From: Provencibacterium sp.
GTDB lineage: Bacteria; Bacillota; Clostridia; Oscillospirales; Ruminococcaceae
Assembly (NCBI GenBank): GCA_022792175.1
Contig: JAAWAN010000020.1
Location: 124,745 to 188,744 of the forward strand
Direction: 5' to 3'
DNA length: 64,000 bases
A program made the position numbers and the translations under genes. Of this stretch, positions 39,491-49,208 are shown piece by piece. Numbering within the stretch: position 1 is the first letter of the stretch; the number at the start of each line of letters is the position of its first letter. Below the pieces are notes generated by a model. That model was not told the origin of the DNA, did no database searches, and saw nothing but the letters and a program-made list of their open reading frames with translations.

Positions 39491-39747
39491 CTGTAGTATT
39501 CCTTCTCCCTGCTCTTTCATCCCTTATTTTACCACAAATTTTCCTTTCTGCATAGCAGCCTTTCCTAGAATGCAACATCAATTCCGGCGCGCAGCTTAAG
39601 CTTTTAAATATTAAATCGTTTTTAAGGCAGATAAGCAAAATTCGATACTGTCATCCTTAAAAATCCAAACCAAGGCCGCATTTGCAGCTTTGACTATATG
39701 AGCCATGCCAATCTTAAAATGAGCGGTCAGAAATCAGCCGCTGCTAT

Positions 39748-39804
39748 TTATGTCATAAGGTTATGTCATAAGGCAGATTCCGAAACAAATGTTTCGGAAT
39801 CTGC
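39748..39804. repeat. Tandem TTATGTCATAAGG x2 abutting a 15-2-15 perfect inverted repeat
   Basis: 39748-39760 equals 39761-39773; GCAGATTCCGAAACA-AA-TGTTTCGGAATCTGC at 39773-39804. Confidence 0.9.
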
Positions 39805-39949
39805 AGAAACCTTTGGCTCTTTCTGCAGCAGATTTCAGGTAGCTGTTTTTCAGAATTGAAAAGCTTGCTTTTTTAAATATGGTGTGCTAAAATACCGATT
39901 TAATAATTGCAGGATGCGTTCCAGCTTCTGAAAGCAGAAAGGAGCAGAT

Positions 39950-40603
39950 ATGAAACCAACAGGAATTGCTTTTGATTATGATTATACCCTCGGCGATTCA
40001 ACAAAGGGCATCCTTATTTGTGCGAATGAGGCGCTCTCCCGCCTGGGCTGGCCGCCATTTTCTGCCGAACAGATTCAAAAGACGATCGGCATGTCCCTCA
40101 AAGAGACCTACCGGGCTTTAACAGGCGATCCCTCCCCCGAGCATGCACAGGCCTATCATCTCTATTTCAGAGAAAAAGCACAGGAGGTAATGGCGCCCAA
40201 CGCTTCTTTTTATCCCGGGGCTGCTGAACTGCTGAAACAACTGGTCGAAGAAGGTTACCTGCTGGGCATTGTAACCTCCAAGCAGCGCCTGCAGATCGAA
40301 AAAATTCTGCAGTTGCATCATCTCCGTCCATATTTTGAAACGGTACTCGGCGGCGATGATGTCTCGGCCGAAAAACCGGATCCGGAAGGGCTACTGCGCG
40401 TCCAGAGCGAATGGAAGCTGCAGCCTCAGCAGCTTCTCTATATCGGTGACAGCCTGGTGGATGCCAAGACGGCACAAAGAGCCGCCCTCCCCTTCGTGGC
40501 TGTAACCACTGGCGTTACTCCGCAGGAGGCCTTCTCCCCCTTCCCCTGCTGCGCTATCCTGAATAGCCTGCAGGAGCTGCTCCCGTTTCTGGAATCCCTA
40601 TGA
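39950..40603 (+). CDS. HAD-IA hydrolase (phosphoglycolate phosphatase-like)
   Basis: FDYDYTLGDS, IVTSK, KPDPEG, YIGDS.VD. Confidence 0.88.
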   Translation: MKPTGIAFDYDYTLGDSTKGILICANEALSRLGWPPFSAEQIQKTIGMSLKETYRALTGDPSPEHAQAYHLYFREKAQEVMAPNASFYPGAAELLKQLVEEGYLLGIVTSKQRLQIEKILQLHHLRPYFETVLGGDDVSAEKPDPEGLLRVQSEWKLQPQQLLYIGDSLVDAKTAQRAALPFVAVTTGVTPQEAFSPFPCCAILNSLQELLPFLESL

Positions 40604-40619
40604 AAGGCGGGAAGGAAAA

Positions 40620-41474
40620 ATGGCAGTCACTCTCAGCGGACATAAATATTTTATGGATGGGCTGGTAGGCATCACGCACGATGTTTCTGCAAGTGGTTGT
40701 GAAACCCATACGCATGATTTTGTGGAAATAATCTATTTGCTTCGCGGAAGATGTGTGCATATTATTAACGATACCGCCTATCCGGTCAGCCGCGGTAGCA
40801 TGCTGATGGTCAACTACCACTGCACGCACAGCTTTTTTTCGGAAGGCAGCGTAGAATACATCAATATTCTGATGAAGCCGGAGTTTATCCATCAGAACCT
40901 GGTTCAGCCGGAAAATGCTTTTGCTCTGCTGGCGCTTAATGATTTTAAGGACTTTCAAACGATTGTCGCGAAGGAAAACTGTGTGGTGCACTTTTCCGGC
41001 GAGGAACGCAATCAGGTGGAAATGCTGATTCTTTCCATGGAGCAGGATGCACAGAAACTTCTTCCCGGCAGCCAGCTGGCGCTTCGCTGCAGTCTCAACC
41101 TTCTGCTCATCCGCCTGTTTCGAAAGATGTCCCTTCCCATGCGAAGCGGTAAAGGGATTGACAGCGAGCTGCTGGCCTATATTAAAAACAACTGCGCCGA
41201 ACGGCTGACCCTCGAGGAGCTGGCAGCCCAGCGCCACTACAGCCCCTCTCATTTCAGCCGCTCCTTTAAGCAGTATACCGGTATGACACTGACCCGCTAT
41301 CTGGATGCCGCCCGCATTGAGCGGGCCTGCTTTCTGCTGGAATCCACCGACAAACCAGTTGGAACGATTATTTCCGATGTCGGCTGCAGCGACCGGACGA
41401 AGTTCTTTCGTCATTTTCTTCAGCAGACCGGACAGACTCCTCTCCAATACCGAAAAAGCAGAAAGCAGCTATAA
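40620..41474 (+). CDS. AraC family transcriptional regulator
   Basis: Cupin HTHDFVEI.Y; C-terminal double HTH. Confidence 0.9.
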   Translation: MAVTLSGHKYFMDGLVGITHDVSASGCETHTHDFVEIIYLLRGRCVHIINDTAYPVSRGSMLMVNYHCTHSFFSEGSVEYINILMKPEFIHQNLVQPENAFALLALNDFKDFQTIVAKENCVVHFSGEERNQVEMLILSMEQDAQKLLPGSQLALRCSLNLLLIRLFRKMSLPMRSGKGIDSELLAYIKNNCAERLTLEELAAQRHYSPSHFSRSFKQYTGMTLTRYLDAARIERACFLLESTDKPVGTIISDVGCSDRTKFFRHFLQQTGQTPLQYRKSRKQL

Positions 41475-41692
41475 AAATAGATTTCGGTGCAATTTTCCCT
41501 TTAAACAAAACGGGCCCAAAGAATGCAGCTGCAGCAAAAAACAATACTTTTTTTCATCAAAAACCTATCTTTTATTCCTTTCTTCCCTCTGCTAAAATGA
41601 AGGAAACCGGCCTTGAAACATGGCTTTATAAAAAATCCGTTTTAGAGAAAGCCTGCCGGAAAGGCGCCATTTTTAAAGAAAGGGATGATGAG

Positions 41693-43129
41693 ATGGAAAT
41701 CAGGCTGAACAGAGAACAGATTCGGGATAAGATTCATGCCTGCTGGATTGGAAAGAACATTGGCGGAACGATGGGAACGCCCTATGAAGGAAAGCGGGAG
41801 GTACAGGATATTTCCGGCTTTTCTTCTCCCAAGGGAGAACCGCTGCCCAACGATGATCTGGACCTTCAGCTGGTATGGCTGACTGCTATGGAGCAGGAAG
41901 GGCCCCATCAGCTGTCGGCCAATCTTCTGAGCGACTATTGGGTCAGCTATATCCCGCCGCACTGGAATGAATATGGTATCGGCAAAAGCAATCTGAAAAT
42001 GGGATTGCTGCCCCCGCTCTCCGGGGAATTCTGCAACGAGTCCTGGAAAAATTCCAACGGCGCATGGATCCGTTCGGAAATCTGGGCCTGTATGGCGCCC
42101 GGATTCCCCTATGTCGCCATGAAATATGCGATGATGGATGCCTGCATTGATCATGGCCTCTCGGAGGGCACCTATGCCGAGATGTTTACGGCGGCGATGG
42201 AAAGCCTGGCCTTTTTCGAGACGGATGTCCGCACAGTTATTGAAAAGGCCCTCCGCTTTATTCCGGAGGATTGCCGGGTTGCTTGTAGCGTTCGCCTGGT
42301 AATTTCCGAATATGAGAAAGGCACCCCTTGGCGCGAGGTGCGCGAAAAGGTGGTTGAGGAGAGCAAAGACCTTGGCTGGTTCCAGGCACCCGGCAACCTG
42401 GGCTTTGTGGTCCTGGGACTTCTGTATGGTGAAGGGGATTTCAAAAAATCGCTTATCTATGCCATTGACTGCGGGGATGATACCGACTGCACCGGCGCCA
42501 CATGCGGCGCGCTGCTGGGCATTCTGGGAGGAACAGCTGCTATCCCCCAGGATTGGAAAGAATATATCGGCGACCGCATCATCATGGTGGCAGCCGATGC
42601 CTCTTACGGCCGTTTGCCTAGAAGCTGCACCGATTTGACCGAACGCGTCTGCCGGATGATTCCCTGCGTTCTGAACGCTCATCATATCCATATGGAGTAT
42701 ACCGACGGTGAGACGGTTTATGACCCGCAGGCCGCTCTGGATGTTGCGCGCGAGGAATGCAAATGGTTTATGGAACGCTCTCCCTATTCCTTTGATATTG
42801 CCTCTCCCCATACGCGGGCCACGGTCGAATACTTTACCGAGCCGGTTATCAGGCCTGGCGATTCCTTTAAACTCCGGGTTCGGCTGCGCAATCTGCTCGC
42901 CGATCCCCGCCATGTTGATTTCAGTGTTTATCTGCCGGAGGGTTGGAGCGCTGCCTATCCCCGCACCGTCTACCTGACCCATAAAACGGCCAATACAAGC
43001 GGCTGTGCCACCTGGGAGATGGAGCTTACGGCAGGAGAAAGGGTGGAACCTACCAACAAGCTGGTAATCTATCTTTCATCGGCCAGCCATCCCCTGCCGC
43101 TGCTGCTTCCGGTCGTCCTTCTGGGATAG
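41693..43129 (+). CDS. ADP-ribosylglycohydrolase family protein with C-terminal beta-domain
   Basis: GGTMGTPYEG, NDDLD, SNGAWIR, DDTDCTGAT.GA..G. Confidence 0.85.
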   Translation: MEIRLNREQIRDKIHACWIGKNIGGTMGTPYEGKREVQDISGFSSPKGEPLPNDDLDLQLVWLTAMEQEGPHQLSANLLSDYWVSYIPPHWNEYGIGKSNLKMGLLPPLSGEFCNESWKNSNGAWIRSEIWACMAPGFPYVAMKYAMMDACIDHGLSEGTYAEMFTAAMESLAFFETDVRTVIEKALRFIPEDCRVACSVRLVISEYEKGTPWREVREKVVEESKDLGWFQAPGNLGFVVLGLLYGEGDFKKSLIYAIDCGDDTDCTGATCGALLGILGGTAAIPQDWKEYIGDRIIMVAADASYGRLPRSCTDLTERVCRMIPCVLNAHHIHMEYTDGETVYDPQAALDVAREECKWFMERSPYSFDIASPHTRATVEYFTEPVIRPGDSFKLRVRLRNLLADPRHVDFSVYLPEGWSAAYPRTVYLTHKTANTSGCATWEMELTAGERVEPTNKLVIYLSSASHPLPLLLPVVLLG

Positions 43130-43212
43130 CCACCGGCTTGCCCGCTGCCGCGGGGCGCAGTAAGCGTTTTGCGGTTATCCGTTTTATCCGGGCAGTACCT
43201 GCCTGTCATATC

Positions 43213-43252
43213 CAAAAAAGCCCCCATCCGATTCAAAACAGGATGGGGGCTT
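43213..43252. terminator. Terminator between convergent genes
   Basis: AAGCCCCCATCC / GGATGGGGGCTT preceded by an A run. Confidence 0.75.
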
Positions 43253-43298
43253 ATCCGCTTGTAGCCAAATGGGTATGACCTATACAGAAACGGATTTT

Positions 43299-43838
43299 TT
43301 ATTTCATCTTTCGCATAATCCGCGGACGGAACCAGTTAAGATAAACATAGGTAATATTGGTAACGGCGATATCATAGATAAAAAACATGATATTTCCCAT
43401 CACCAGCAGCACCAGAATGGAATACTGGCCAAAGGCACCTGACTGCTCTAAAACATCATCTATTCCCAGAACATAGATAAGCACCAGATAGCTGCCGATT
43501 ACAGCCACATTAAAAAGGGTAAATTTGCAGAGATACTCGAGCACGCGAAAAGAGAGTTTCTCCAGCTTCACCTTGATAATCGGGTAATATCCAAAAAAGC
43601 CGACAAACATCAGCGCCGCTTCCTTGACCGGGACGACGATCAGCGAAAGAATCGCGACTGCCGCATAAACCAGAACCGCGGTGGATATACCGTTTTCAAT
43701 AATCACTGCAATCAAAACGATGCCCGCAAGCGCGGGAAAAGCAAACTGCGTAAACGGGAACATGCAGGTCAAAAAAATCAAAAACAGACAGAGAGAAGCG
43801 CAAACGCCTCCCAGCGCAACCTGTGTGCTTTTCTTCAA
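43299..43838 (-). CDS. Hypothetical multi-pass membrane protein
   Basis: About five hydrophobic helices, FFGYYPIIK motif; TTG start. Confidence 0.78.
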   Translation of the reverse strand: MKKSTQVALGGVCASLCLFLIFLTCMFPFTQFAFPALAGIVLIAVIIENGISTAVLVYAAVAILSLIVVPVKEAALMFVGFFGYYPIIKVKLEKLSFRVLEYLCKFTLFNVAVIGSYLVLIYVLGIDDVLEQSGAFGQYSILVLLVMGNIMFFIYDIAVTNITYVYLNWFRPRIMRKMK

Positions 43839-43884
43839 CTCCCCACTTCCCTACTTCCTCTCTGCCCTGAGCGCTCTCTGTCCT

Positions 43885-44535
43885 TTAGCAGCAGCTGATA
43901 AGGTCGCCGCCGAAACATTCGCAACAGCAGTCGGCACATATCAGGCCGGAACACATATCGCATGCGCTGCAGCCCCCCATCTGCACAGGCTGACGATAAG
44001 GCGCCTGCCCGCCGCCCATGCCCGGATTTCCCGTCTGGCGTTGCCACATCAGCTGATTATAGGCAGCCCGGTACTCCTGATTGACCGGATTCATCCTGCA
44101 GGCCTGCGCAAAATGATTATAGGCTTCATCCAGCCAACCGCGCGTATAGAAGATGCTGCCCTTCAAAAAATACCATTCCGCATCCCGGCTGCCGGCTGGT
44201 ACACCGTTTATCAGCTCCTCCGCCTCGGAAAGCCGGTTTTGATTAATCATCCGGCGGATATCCGCATACTGGCTGGAGGCGCCTGCGTAAGAGCCGCCAT
44301 AACTGCTTTTCTGCCCATAGCCGGAGGAGGAAGCGGAAGAACCGGAGCGGCGCATCCGCATCACCTGATCATAGGCTTCGTTAATTTCCTTCATCTTCTC
44401 GCTCGCAAGGTCTGCAAGCGGGTTGTTCTGGTAATTATCAGGATGATATTTGCGCGCAAGCTCTCGATAGGCGCTTTTTACCTCTTCATCGGTTGCGCTG
44501 GAAGCAACGCCTAAAACCTTATAGGGATCGGTCAT
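43885..44535 (-). CDS. J-domain (DnaJ-like) protein with TPR-like region and Cys-rich tail
   Basis: [24 protein letters not shown]; ends [28 protein letters not shown]. Confidence 0.9.
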   Translation of the reverse strand: MTDPYKVLGVASSATDEEVKSAYRELARKYHPDNYQNNPLADLASEKMKEINEAYDQVMRMRRSGSSASSSGYGQKSSYGGSYAGASSQYADIRRMINQNRLSEAEELINGVPAGSRDAEWYFLKGSIFYTRGWLDEAYNHFAQACRMNPVNQEYRAAYNQLMWQRQTGNPGMGGGQAPYRQPVQMGGCSACDMCSGLICADCCCECFGGDLISCC

Positions 44536-45419
44536 GCATGTATCTCCTTTACCCTCTCATTTGCCTTTTTCCCATCCTCAGCCAGTATCCGGCTGACAGA
44601 AGCTTTCAGTCCCAGATAGATGATGTTGGAAAGAATATCCTGATAACGGTTCAGAGTGAGCAGTTCGAAGGTTTTGGCAATCTCCCCTGCCGTTAAATTC
44701 AGGGAAAAAATGGCCTGCTCCTTTAAGCCAATCATATCCCGCCCATTTTTCATCCCCGAAATAAAAGGATTATACCGCCCCTTTATCCGGTCTTCTTGGA
44801 GGTCATCCAGTGCATCAGCCAGATAAATCCAGCGTCCCATCAGGTAGCCAAGCCGCTCCAGAACCCTGCGCTGGCCCTCTTCGTTCGAAAGTTCCCGGAA
44901 CAGAACCGACAGACAGACTGCAATGGGTTCACTGGCCGCATCGCTGCTGCTACAGTTATTTTGCTCAAGAGATGCCTGTTTTTTCATCTGCCTGCCAATT
45001 TCTTCATCCATCTTCGGCAGCTGTGCGCGCGCCTTTTTCCATGCGCGCCGCACAAAGGGAAGCGCTAAAAGATATCCCGCCTTTTGCGGATAGCGCTCAT
45101 CCGCAATATTATCCAGCAGCTTATAGTATAAAAGCAGCATGGCAGCAGAAGCACTGAAATGCAGGCTTTGGCAGTCCAAACAGCAGGGACGCTTTTTTAA
45201 CGGATTATAAAGACAGTTTTGCCTTTTAAATACCGGCGGCACTTCGCCGATCGCCATCTGCAACAGAGCCAGAAAGGTAAAGTCGTAGCTCAGTGTCAGC
45301 CGGGCAAAAGGCCCATAGGAACGGGAAAGCTGTTTGCACAGGCCGCAGTAAACAGCCTTATAGGTATCATATTCGCAGATGCGCAGCATCGGCTTAAAGG
45401 GCTGAATATATCCAAACAA
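44532..45419 (-). CDS. DUF5685-like protein
   Basis: [38 protein letters not shown]; stop overlaps the J-protein start. Confidence 0.75.
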   Translation of the reverse strand: MFGYIQPFKPMLRICEYDTYKAVYCGLCKQLSRSYGPFARLTLSYDFTFLALLQMAIGEVPPVFKRQNCLYNPLKKRPCCLDCQSLHFSASAAMLLLYYKLLDNIADERYPQKAGYLLALPFVRRAWKKARAQLPKMDEEIGRQMKKQASLEQNNCSSSDAASEPIAVCLSVLFRELSNEEGQRRVLERLGYLMGRWIYLADALDDLQEDRIKGRYNPFISGMKNGRDMIGLKEQAIFSLNLTAGEIAKTFELLTLNRYQDILSNIIYLGLKASVSRILAEDGKKANERVKEIHA

Positions 45420-45615
45420 ACGCCGGCCCCTTTCCTTTTCCTTTGCTTTTTATCTATTTCCAGAGCGTTTTTTCAGCCTGCAGCCGCAAAAAATGCCTAA
45501 ATATGCATTAATTTTATTTTACAACATACCCTCTCTTTTTTGATTAACAAAATGTAAACAGAGGAATGTTAAGCTGTAAACATGCGGCCTTTTCCTCCTT
45601 CAAAGGAGAAAAAGG

Positions 45616-48600
45616 CTACGATACCGGAGAAACGGTAACGCTCAGCTGCTGCTTTTCTTCCTCTTTATCCGCCCAGACTTCAATTGTGGCCTCCCCTTCT
45701 CCCACTGCATCCACCCAGCCATCGGCATCTATGGTGACGACAGCTTCATCGCTCGAGCGGTATTGAAGTTTATCTCTATCCGGCCCGGTCTCCGGAGTCA
45801 GCTGAAATCCTTCCCCTGCCTGCAGAGTGAATACAGACTGAGAAAAGGAAAGCTTCTCCTCCTCCCCTTCATCGGCAGTTACCTCCACTTCGCATGCAGC
45901 CTTATATTTTCCATCCAAAACAGAGGCAGTAACGGTGCAGCTGCCCTCTCCCACCGCTTCCATATAGCCGCTGGAATCGATAGTGACCACTTTTTCATCC
46001 TCTGATTCCCAGAGTATTTCCTCTTCCTGCACCTCTCCGAAAGCCTGTGCCGCCAACTGGTAGCCTTCGCCAACCGACAGCGAGAGATTGGTTTCCTTTA
46101 GTACAAGCGCTGACTGCTGCCCGGACTGCTCTTCAGAATCCCTGTCAGACTCCTCCCAGTCGTCGCCGATTTCCTCCCCCTGTCCGCCGGCAATGCCGGT
46201 GGAGATGGCGCCGATATAAGCGCGCACCCCCTCTGCAATCCCGTCCGCTATCTGCTGCTGAACGGAGGAGCTGGTCAGCTGCTTATATTCGTTTTTATTG
46301 CTGATAAAGCCGCTTTCGATCAATACAGAGGCAAACCGGCTGTCGGTGGTCACTATATACCGTCCCGCCTTGCCCCCGCGGTTCACCGTATCCAGCGCAC
46401 CAGCCACCCGCCGGGAAATTTCGCTGGCCAGCAGCTGCCCGTTGGGATAGAAATAGTAGGCCTCTGTTCCTCGGGCGGCAGCATCAACCGAGCTGTTGGA
46501 ATGGATGCTCAGAAAGATATCTGCATCAAAGGAGCGCGCCTGCTCAATGCGCTGTGTCAGCGTCAGATAGGGATCGGTCTGGATCAGCTTTACCTTCATG
46601 CCGAGCGCTTCCAGTGCATCTGCCGTTTTTTGAGCAATGGCCAGGTTGACATCCTTTTCATCCATTTCCGGATAATAGCCGGAGGCTCCCCGATCCTTTC
46701 CGCCATGTCCCGGGTCGATAGCTACCCGCACGTTCCCAAGCTTAGTGGGTGGATTGGTCAGGCGCAGAACCAGTGTATCCCCCTCATAGTAGGCATAATA
46801 GCCGAGAAAAGAACCCGGCTTTGTAAAAGAGAGGGTCAGCCGGCTGCCGGACCAGTCGGCTGAGCGGATGACCGGATTATCCGGCACCTGCAGCGAGGAG
46901 GGGGTAGAGGATGTATACTGAAAATCGAAGGTAATGCCGTCGCTGCGGTAGGTGACCAGATAAGGGACCGGCTGGTCGGTAGCCAAACGGACGTAGGTAT
47001 AGCCGGTATCGCTGCTGATTTTCATTCCCCGAATGGCGTTTCCGGCAGCCAGATCTCCTTCGGCTTTGCTGACATCCTCCGCATAAACCCGCACCCCCGA
47101 CTGCAGCTGGTAATACCGGTAAGAGCCGGAGCTGTTGGTAAAGCTGAGCACATCGCCAATTGCATAGTCCTTTGTCCCCCGGGGCAGCGGGAAAAAGGCC
47201 GGATTCGACTCGTTGTTGAGCACATCTACTGGAAAGGTTTTGGCAGAATCGGCGGTGACGATAATAAGATCCCCATCTCCAGCCGCAACCACCTTTTTAA
47301 TGGTGACCTGTGCTCCCTGCATACTGTCGGAGATCCCCTGCCACTCTCCATAAACGGTGACAGCACCCAGGCTTTGCTGGGAGGCAGAGGCGGCCGGTAG
47401 GGTAAACTCCCCGGTGAATTTGGAGTAGGAGCTGCTGTGGTCGGTATCATCGTCGTTTTCAGCCTCGCGCGTGAGGGATATTGTCATGCCGCCCAGTGTG
47501 GCAGATACCGCCGCATCATTATGGGCCAGTGCGGAAACCTGCAGGCGCATGCCGCCATCCGCCTCCACAGAGCCGGTCGGAGAAACCTCCTGTATAATCT
47601 GCACATTCCGGGTAATCCGGTAAACGAGAGACTTTCCCTTATGTGTAAAGGTAAAAACATTTTCCCCCGGCTGCAGCTGCTCGTTGGTAGTAAAATACCC
47701 ATCCGCATCGGTGTCCAGGGCCTGTCCGTTTAAGGTGACAGCAAAATTGGGGTCGGAGGCGCCGCGGAAAACCATCAGCGGCTCGAAGGTAGAAAAGGTA
47801 GTCTCTTCCGGTGTGCTGACCGCCAGTTCGGTCAGCACATGGCTAACATTGACCCGGTTTTCAAAAAGCGCTACCAGAAGGTCGGTGCTTGACTGGGGAT
47901 TTTCCCTGAGCCGGGAGAGGTTGTTAAAGAGACTCCCCTCATACTGCGCGCATTCACGCGCATAGATGATCTGCTGCACCAGCTCATCCGGGGACTGATA
48001 GCCCGGCGCATCGGTGCAGATTTTATCTGAGGGGTGCAGTATGTAGAGGGGAACTCCTGCCTGCCGGGCCTGTGCATCCCACCAGGCCGCCGTCTGCCGG
48101 AAAGGTTCCTCTGCGCTGTCGGTAGAGCCGTTTGTGCGCATGGCAATAAAGTCAAAGCCGCCCTCCAGAGCCAGCTTGCGGGTATCTATGTTCTGAGAGC
48201 TCAAGGAGGTAACGCTTTGGGAAGTGGGCGAGCCCTCCGGGTTTACCGAGTCATTTTCCCATACCCCATCCACCATCAGCCCTGCCCGAACGGCGGGGCT
48301 CTGCAGCCGGGCTGCCTCGAGCACCGTCAGACAGAGGGATTCACTGAAAGATCGCATATAGTTTTGATAGCCGACGCCTGTCCCGGAATGAATATAGCGG
48401 GCATAAGAAGAGGCGGACGGCTCGTTGCCGTAACGGTCAATGAGCAGCCCGTCTACCGAATAGCGTCCGAAAAACTCCCATGCGTTGCGGTATGCGAAAT
48501 CAATCTGCGCCATGTCCAACGATGAGGGAAACTGTATGCCGTCCTCTCCCGAAAAGGCAGCCGCCTCATAGAGAACATAGAAATACATCCCCCGTGCCCG

Positions 48601-49167
48601 TGTTTTTGAGCTAAGCAGATCCAGAATATCTATCTCCCGGTTTGCCGGCGATACTTCCTTCGTCTGATAGACTGCTCCCTCTTCCCCATAAAGCCGGGCT
48701 ATAATGGTGTTCATCCCCAGCCGCTGCGCTTCCTCGAGCGCCTCTTCTATTCCTGCGCGGATGGCCGCTTCCTCTCCTTTTATCGGATAGTCCACCCCCG
48801 GCTGCAGATATACCGCGTGCATAGGATTAGGCCTGCTCCCTGCCGGCGCGGCTTTCTCCTCGGGGGCAGGCTCCTTTTCCGCAGAAGGCTCAAAGCCCTC
48901 CTCTTCTCCTTCCTTCTCCTCAGAGGAGCTTTCCCCCTGCTGCGCTTTAAGAGGTGCTTTCTCCTCTGTTTCGTTATTCTCTTCATTCTCTGAGGACGAT
49001 TCATCCGGCTGTCTCTCTTCCCCGGAGACGGCCGGAGAGAACGCAGGGAGCGCAAAGGGAAAATGCTCCCGGAAAAGATAGAGGACGCCGGTCAGAACCG
49101 CAATCAGGACAAAAATAGCTCCCATTACCGTTCCAAAAACCCGAAGATTGCGAAAAAAGCGTTCCAA
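45616..49167 (-). CDS. Large membrane-anchored N-acetylmuramoyl-L-alanine amidase with GHL10-like and Big_2-like domains
   Basis: IDPGHGG, EKDVNL, LSIHSN, LIESGFISN; N-terminal TIM-barrel-like part; two C-terminal Ig-like repeats (W.S.DE.V.TID..G...AVGEG). Confidence 0.82.
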   Translation of the reverse strand: MERFFRNLRVFGTVMGAIFVLIAVLTGVLYLFREHFPFALPAFSPAVSGEERQPDESSSENEENNETEEKAPLKAQQGESSSEEKEGEEEGFEPSAEKEPAPEEKAAPAGSRPNPMHAVYLQPGVDYPIKGEEAAIRAGIEEALEEAQRLGMNTIIARLYGEEGAVYQTKEVSPANREIDILDLLSSKTRARGMYFYVLYEAAAFSGEDGIQFPSSLDMAQIDFAYRNAWEFFGRYSVDGLLIDRYGNEPSASSYARYIHSGTGVGYQNYMRSFSESLCLTVLEAARLQSPAVRAGLMVDGVWENDSVNPEGSPTSQSVTSLSSQNIDTRKLALEGGFDFIAMRTNGSTDSAEEPFRQTAAWWDAQARQAGVPLYILHPSDKICTDAPGYQSPDELVQQIIYARECAQYEGSLFNNLSRLRENPQSSTDLLVALFENRVNVSHVLTELAVSTPEETTFSTFEPLMVFRGASDPNFAVTLNGQALDTDADGYFTTNEQLQPGENVFTFTHKGKSLVYRITRNVQIIQEVSPTGSVEADGGMRLQVSALAHNDAAVSATLGGMTISLTREAENDDDTDHSSSYSKFTGEFTLPAASASQQSLGAVTVYGEWQGISDSMQGAQVTIKKVVAAGDGDLIIVTADSAKTFPVDVLNNESNPAFFPLPRGTKDYAIGDVLSFTNSSGSYRYYQLQSGVRVYAEDVSKAEGDLAAGNAIRGMKISSDTGYTYVRLATDQPVPYLVTYRSDGITFDFQYTSSTPSSLQVPDNPVIRSADWSGSRLTLSFTKPGSFLGYYAYYEGDTLVLRLTNPPTKLGNVRVAIDPGHGGKDRGASGYYPEMDEKDVNLAIAQKTADALEALGMKVKLIQTDPYLTLTQRIEQARSFDADIFLSIHSNSSVDAAARGTEAYYFYPNGQLLASEISRRVAGALDTVNRGGKAGRYIVTTDSRFASVLIESGFISNKNEYKQLTSSSVQQQIADGIAEGVRAYIGAISTGIAGGQGEEIGDDWEESDRDSEEQSGQQSALVLKETNLSLSVGEGYQLAAQAFGEVQEEEILWESEDEKVVTIDSSGYMEAVGEGSCTVTASVLDGKYKAACEVEVTADEGEEEKLSFSQSVFTLQAGEGFQLTPETGPDRDKLQYRSSDEAVVTIDADGWVDAVGEGEATIEVWADKEEEKQQLSVTVSPVS

Positions 49168-49208
49168 GCGGCACCCTGCCCTCCCTCCCGGCGAAATCTT
49201 TCATGAAG

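Noticed and set aside
39560-39590. TTTCCTAGAA resembling the left arm of the Bacillus dif
   Set aside because: No TTATG right arm at a 6-bp spacing.
38390-43129. Integrative element or prophage anchored on the tyrosine recombinase
   Set aside because: No att repeats, excisionase, relaxase or phage genes; the neighbours are housekeeping genes.
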